Below are positions 61,488 to 64,000 of a stretch of 64,000 nucleotides of DNA, one piece after another (the first letter of the stretch is position 1; each line of letters starts with the position of its first letter). The notes under the pieces are model-generated. The model was given only the letters and a program-made list of their open reading frames with translations. It did not search any database and was not told where the DNA came from. A program made the position numbers and the translations under genes. This DNA is from Lama glama (lineage: Eukaryota), in NCBI GenBank assembly GCA_028534125.1, contig CM052818.1:23066001-23130000 (forward strand). The letters are read 5' to 3'.

Positions 61488-62575
61488 TGTCAAGAACAGT
61501 GAAGGAGTCTGAGAATTTACCCTCTTTACAAATTAACAAGTTAGCTTCATGCTAGTTCAGGGATGCTGGCAGGAGACACGAGACTCCTGGGTCACAGACA
61601 AAGACTTTGTTACTCAAAGCAATAGGAGTGGCCAGTGTGTCAGCATTTGCACTGGTTCTGTAGGTCCTAATTCCCATGGGCGACATGAAGAGGTCCAGGT
61701 GACACTTGTACATGTAGTGGGTTGCATTACAGCAGAGGGGCTCTAAGCTTAGGGAACCAGAATAATTTTCAGAGGGGAGTAAACCTGCTTGACCTTTGCC
61801 TTGCAAGGAGTCATCACCTTTGCAACACTGGACAGTACACAAACCTGCTCTTTGCTCCAGAGGGAGACACTGTCTCTGTCTTTCAAGGCTGTTCACTATA
61901 CCAGCATTCTTGAAAAGATAGTCAGAAACACCTAAATGTCCATCAATAGATGAATCAATAAAGAAGATGTGGTATATATATGCATATATACCTCTCTCTC
62001 TATATATATATAATGGAATATTACTCAGCCATAAAATGAAATAATGCCATTTGCAGCAACATGAATAGACCTAGAGATTATCATATGAAATGCAGTAAGT
62101 CAGACAGAGAAAGACAAACATCACATGATATCATATATATGTGGAATCTAAACAAATGATACAAGTGAATTTACTTACAAAATAGAAAAAGACTCACAGA
62201 CATAGAGGTCAATCTTATGGTTACCAAATGGGGAAAGGGCGAGGGATAAATTAGGAGCTTAAGATTAACAGATACACACTACTGTGTATAAAATAAACAA
62301 CAGTAACCTACTGTATAGCACAGAGAACTATATTCAATATCTTGTAATAACTTATACTGGAAAAGAATCTGAAAAACAATATATATCTTAATCACTTTGC
62401 TATACACCTGAAACATTGTAAATTAAGTACAATTAAAAAAGGGAAGATTAGGTTGATTCTTATTACTTAAGAATAAAGAAAATTATAAAAATGAATAAAA
62501 AGATAGAAGCAAGGGAAGTTAGTGCCTTGTTTTGCAAGACCTGCAGAAATGGGAGAGATACACAGAGAAGCCTTT
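61488..62575 (-). mobile_element. ERV1 LTR (MER90a-like) interrupted by an L1 at ~61931-62497
   Basis: tgtcaagaacagtgaaggagtctgagaatttaccct...ggatgctggcaggagacacgagactcctgggtca...ccagagggagacact...ttgaaaagatag. Resumes at aagggaagttagtgcc...gcaagacctgcagaaat. Confidence 0.75.
61931..62497 (+). mobile_element. 5'-truncated L1 (ORF2 end + 3'UTR)
   Basis: cctaaatgtccatcaatagatgaat...aatggaatattactcagccataaaa...gccatttgcagcaacatg...tatggttaccaa...ctgtatagcacagagaactatattcaa. Confidence 0.93.
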
Positions 62576-62579
62576 GATC

Positions 62580-62900
62580 ACCCAGGCTTTTCTGCCTGGA
62601 GGCACTTTTACAGCCTGAGCACAGGGAAAGGGCAACCTGACAGAGCCTGGAGGTTTCATTTAGTTGAAATGTCAGAGGGTGGAGGTCAGGAAGGCTCGGG
62701 CAACTGGAATTTGTGGCACAGAGTACTAGAGAGAAAGAAACTATGCAGAGAAGAGCTCCAGCAATTTGCCTGGGTTCCCTTGAGTTCTGGCTCCATGCTA
62801 AGCTGTGCATGTGGCGGGTAAATCTCCTACCAGGCTCTTCCTATAACTACCAGGAAGCTGTAAGCTGAACCATTTCCAGAGCTCACATCAGGTTGGGAGA
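62580..62900 (+). mobile_element. Old L1M 5'-region fragment
   Basis: tttctgcctggaggcacttt ... ctggaatttgtggcacagagtactagagag ... gagaagagctccagcaatttgc. Confidence 0.55.
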
Positions 62901-63015
62901 TGTTAGGGTTCCAACTGGCCAGAATGGGGAGCAGAGAAACATTCTCAACTACCTGGGCATCAAGTAGATATCTCAGGAGTCGGGTGACACTGGCCCCAGG
63001 GTAAGAGTACTCTAG

Positions 63016-63170
63016 TCCAGGTTTTTCATCCTCGGCACTGTTGGTATTTTGAGGGAAGGCCAAGTCTTTGGGGTACCTTCCTGTGCATTGTAGGGTACTG
63101 AACAGCATTCCTGGCCTCTAATCACTGGATGACAGTAGCACCCTTCTGTTTGTGGCAAAATGCACTCCAT
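63016..63170 (+). mobile_element. MER20 fragment
   Basis: tcatcctcggcactgttggtatttt...cctgtgcattgtaggg...agcattcctggcctcta..cactggatgacagtagcaccc. Confidence 0.8.
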
Positions 63171-63462
63171 GAAATGTTAAAGGAAATCCTTCAAACTGAA
63201 GGAAAATGATACCAAAAGGAAACGTTGATTAACACAAAGGGGTGAATTACAAAGCTGACAAAAGAAGAAACAAAAAATCTGAATAGCTCTATATCTATTA
63301 AAGAAATTGCATATATAATCTGAAACCTTTTCACAAAGAAAACTCCAAACACCAGGCTTCTCTGGTGAACACTTGAAGAAAAACCAACCAACCAACCTAC
63401 CAATGTGTCACGAACTTTATTAGAAAATAGAGGAGGAAACACTTCCCAACTCCTTTCATTGA
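63170..63462 (+). mobile_element. Old L1 ORF1-end/ORF2 fragments
   Basis: gaaatgttaaaggaaatccttcaaactgaaggaaaatgatacca; aaaatctgaatagctctatatctattaaagaaattg; acaaagaaaactcca; cacttcccaactc. Confidence 0.75.
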
Positions 63463-63545
63463 AGAAGGGGTTTGCAAGAATGGAGGCTGTTTTGGGTGGC
63501 TACTCCAGTTCCTCCTCGTCCTCCTTCATCTTCACAACCTTTACG

Positions 63546-63633
63546 ATTGTAAAAGCCACTCTTAGCTTGCAGGCCAGATAAAAACTGGCCAAGGGCCAGG
63601 TTTGTCCTGTGGGCTCTTGTTTGCCACCCCCTG
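63546..63633 (+). mobile_element. MER58-type terminus
   Basis: tgtaaaagccactcttagct...gggccaggtttgtcctgtgggc...tttgccaccccctg. Confidence 0.65.
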
Positions 63634-63744
63634 GTCTAAAGCATTAGTCAGCTACGTGGGTTTTACTAAGGATTTTTGTGAGGCATAGAGAAAGGGGGTG
63701 TATTTCACATCAATCAGCAACAATCTAGTGATACTCCCATCAGA

Positions 63745-64000
63745 CATTTAATTTTCAAATATTTGGGGATTTTCCAGGTATCTGTTTGTTGTTAATTTCC
63801 AGTTTAACTCCATTTTGTTCAGAGAACACCCTTTGTATAATTTCAAGTCTTTTAAGATTGTTGAGATTTACTTTACGTCTCCTGCAAGTGATCTGACTTG
63901 CTCAATGTTCCGCATGCACTTGAAACAAATGGGAATTCTGCCGTCGTTGGGTGGAATGTTCTATACATTCGGTTAGATCAAGTTCATTGATGGTGATGTT
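63745..64000 (-). mobile_element. Old L1 ORF2 (endonuclease region), running off the window
   Basis: aaatatttggggattttccag...ttcagagaacaccctttgtataatttca...aatgttccgcatgcacttgaaa...gttgggtggaatgttcta. Confidence 0.85.

Noticed and set aside
1..64000. Prokaryotic-type systems (CRISPR arrays, operons, rRNA, IS elements)
   Set aside because: The sequence is CpG-depleted mammalian DNA dominated by eutherian repeats. There is no repeat-spacer array or gene-dense segment.

Overview
This is eukaryotic DNA from a placental mammal, most likely a camelid. The evidence is three copies of a tRNA-derived SINE matching the camelid Vic-1 family plus artiodactyl-type L1 3' ends, with no Alu, B1, Bov-A/BovB, PRE1 or Can-SINE seen. 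The window looks intergenic or deep intronic. I recognise no protein-coding exon, and the only recognisable protein match in the ORF track is an L1 ORF2 remnant. Much of it is interspersed repeat: MIR, L2 (one ~2.8 kb copy), old L1M (one ~3.8 kb copy), about 11 short younger L1 3' tails mostly with visible target-site duplications (TSDs), MLT1/LTR33/MER90-type LTRs, and Tigger/MER5/MER20/MER53 DNA transposons. Non-repeat highlights: a CpG island/promoter-like block at ~52.8-54.7 kb; a weaker CpG patch at ~19.3-20.0 kb; a strong CTCF motif at 58944-58962 next to a local duplication; a dyad motif (TTGCCTTT-N5-AAAGGCAGC) recurring at both CpG-rich blocks. I found no convincing novel multi-gene system. 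Repeat family names come from recalled consensus sequences, not a RepeatMasker run, and boundaries of old repeats are approximate.
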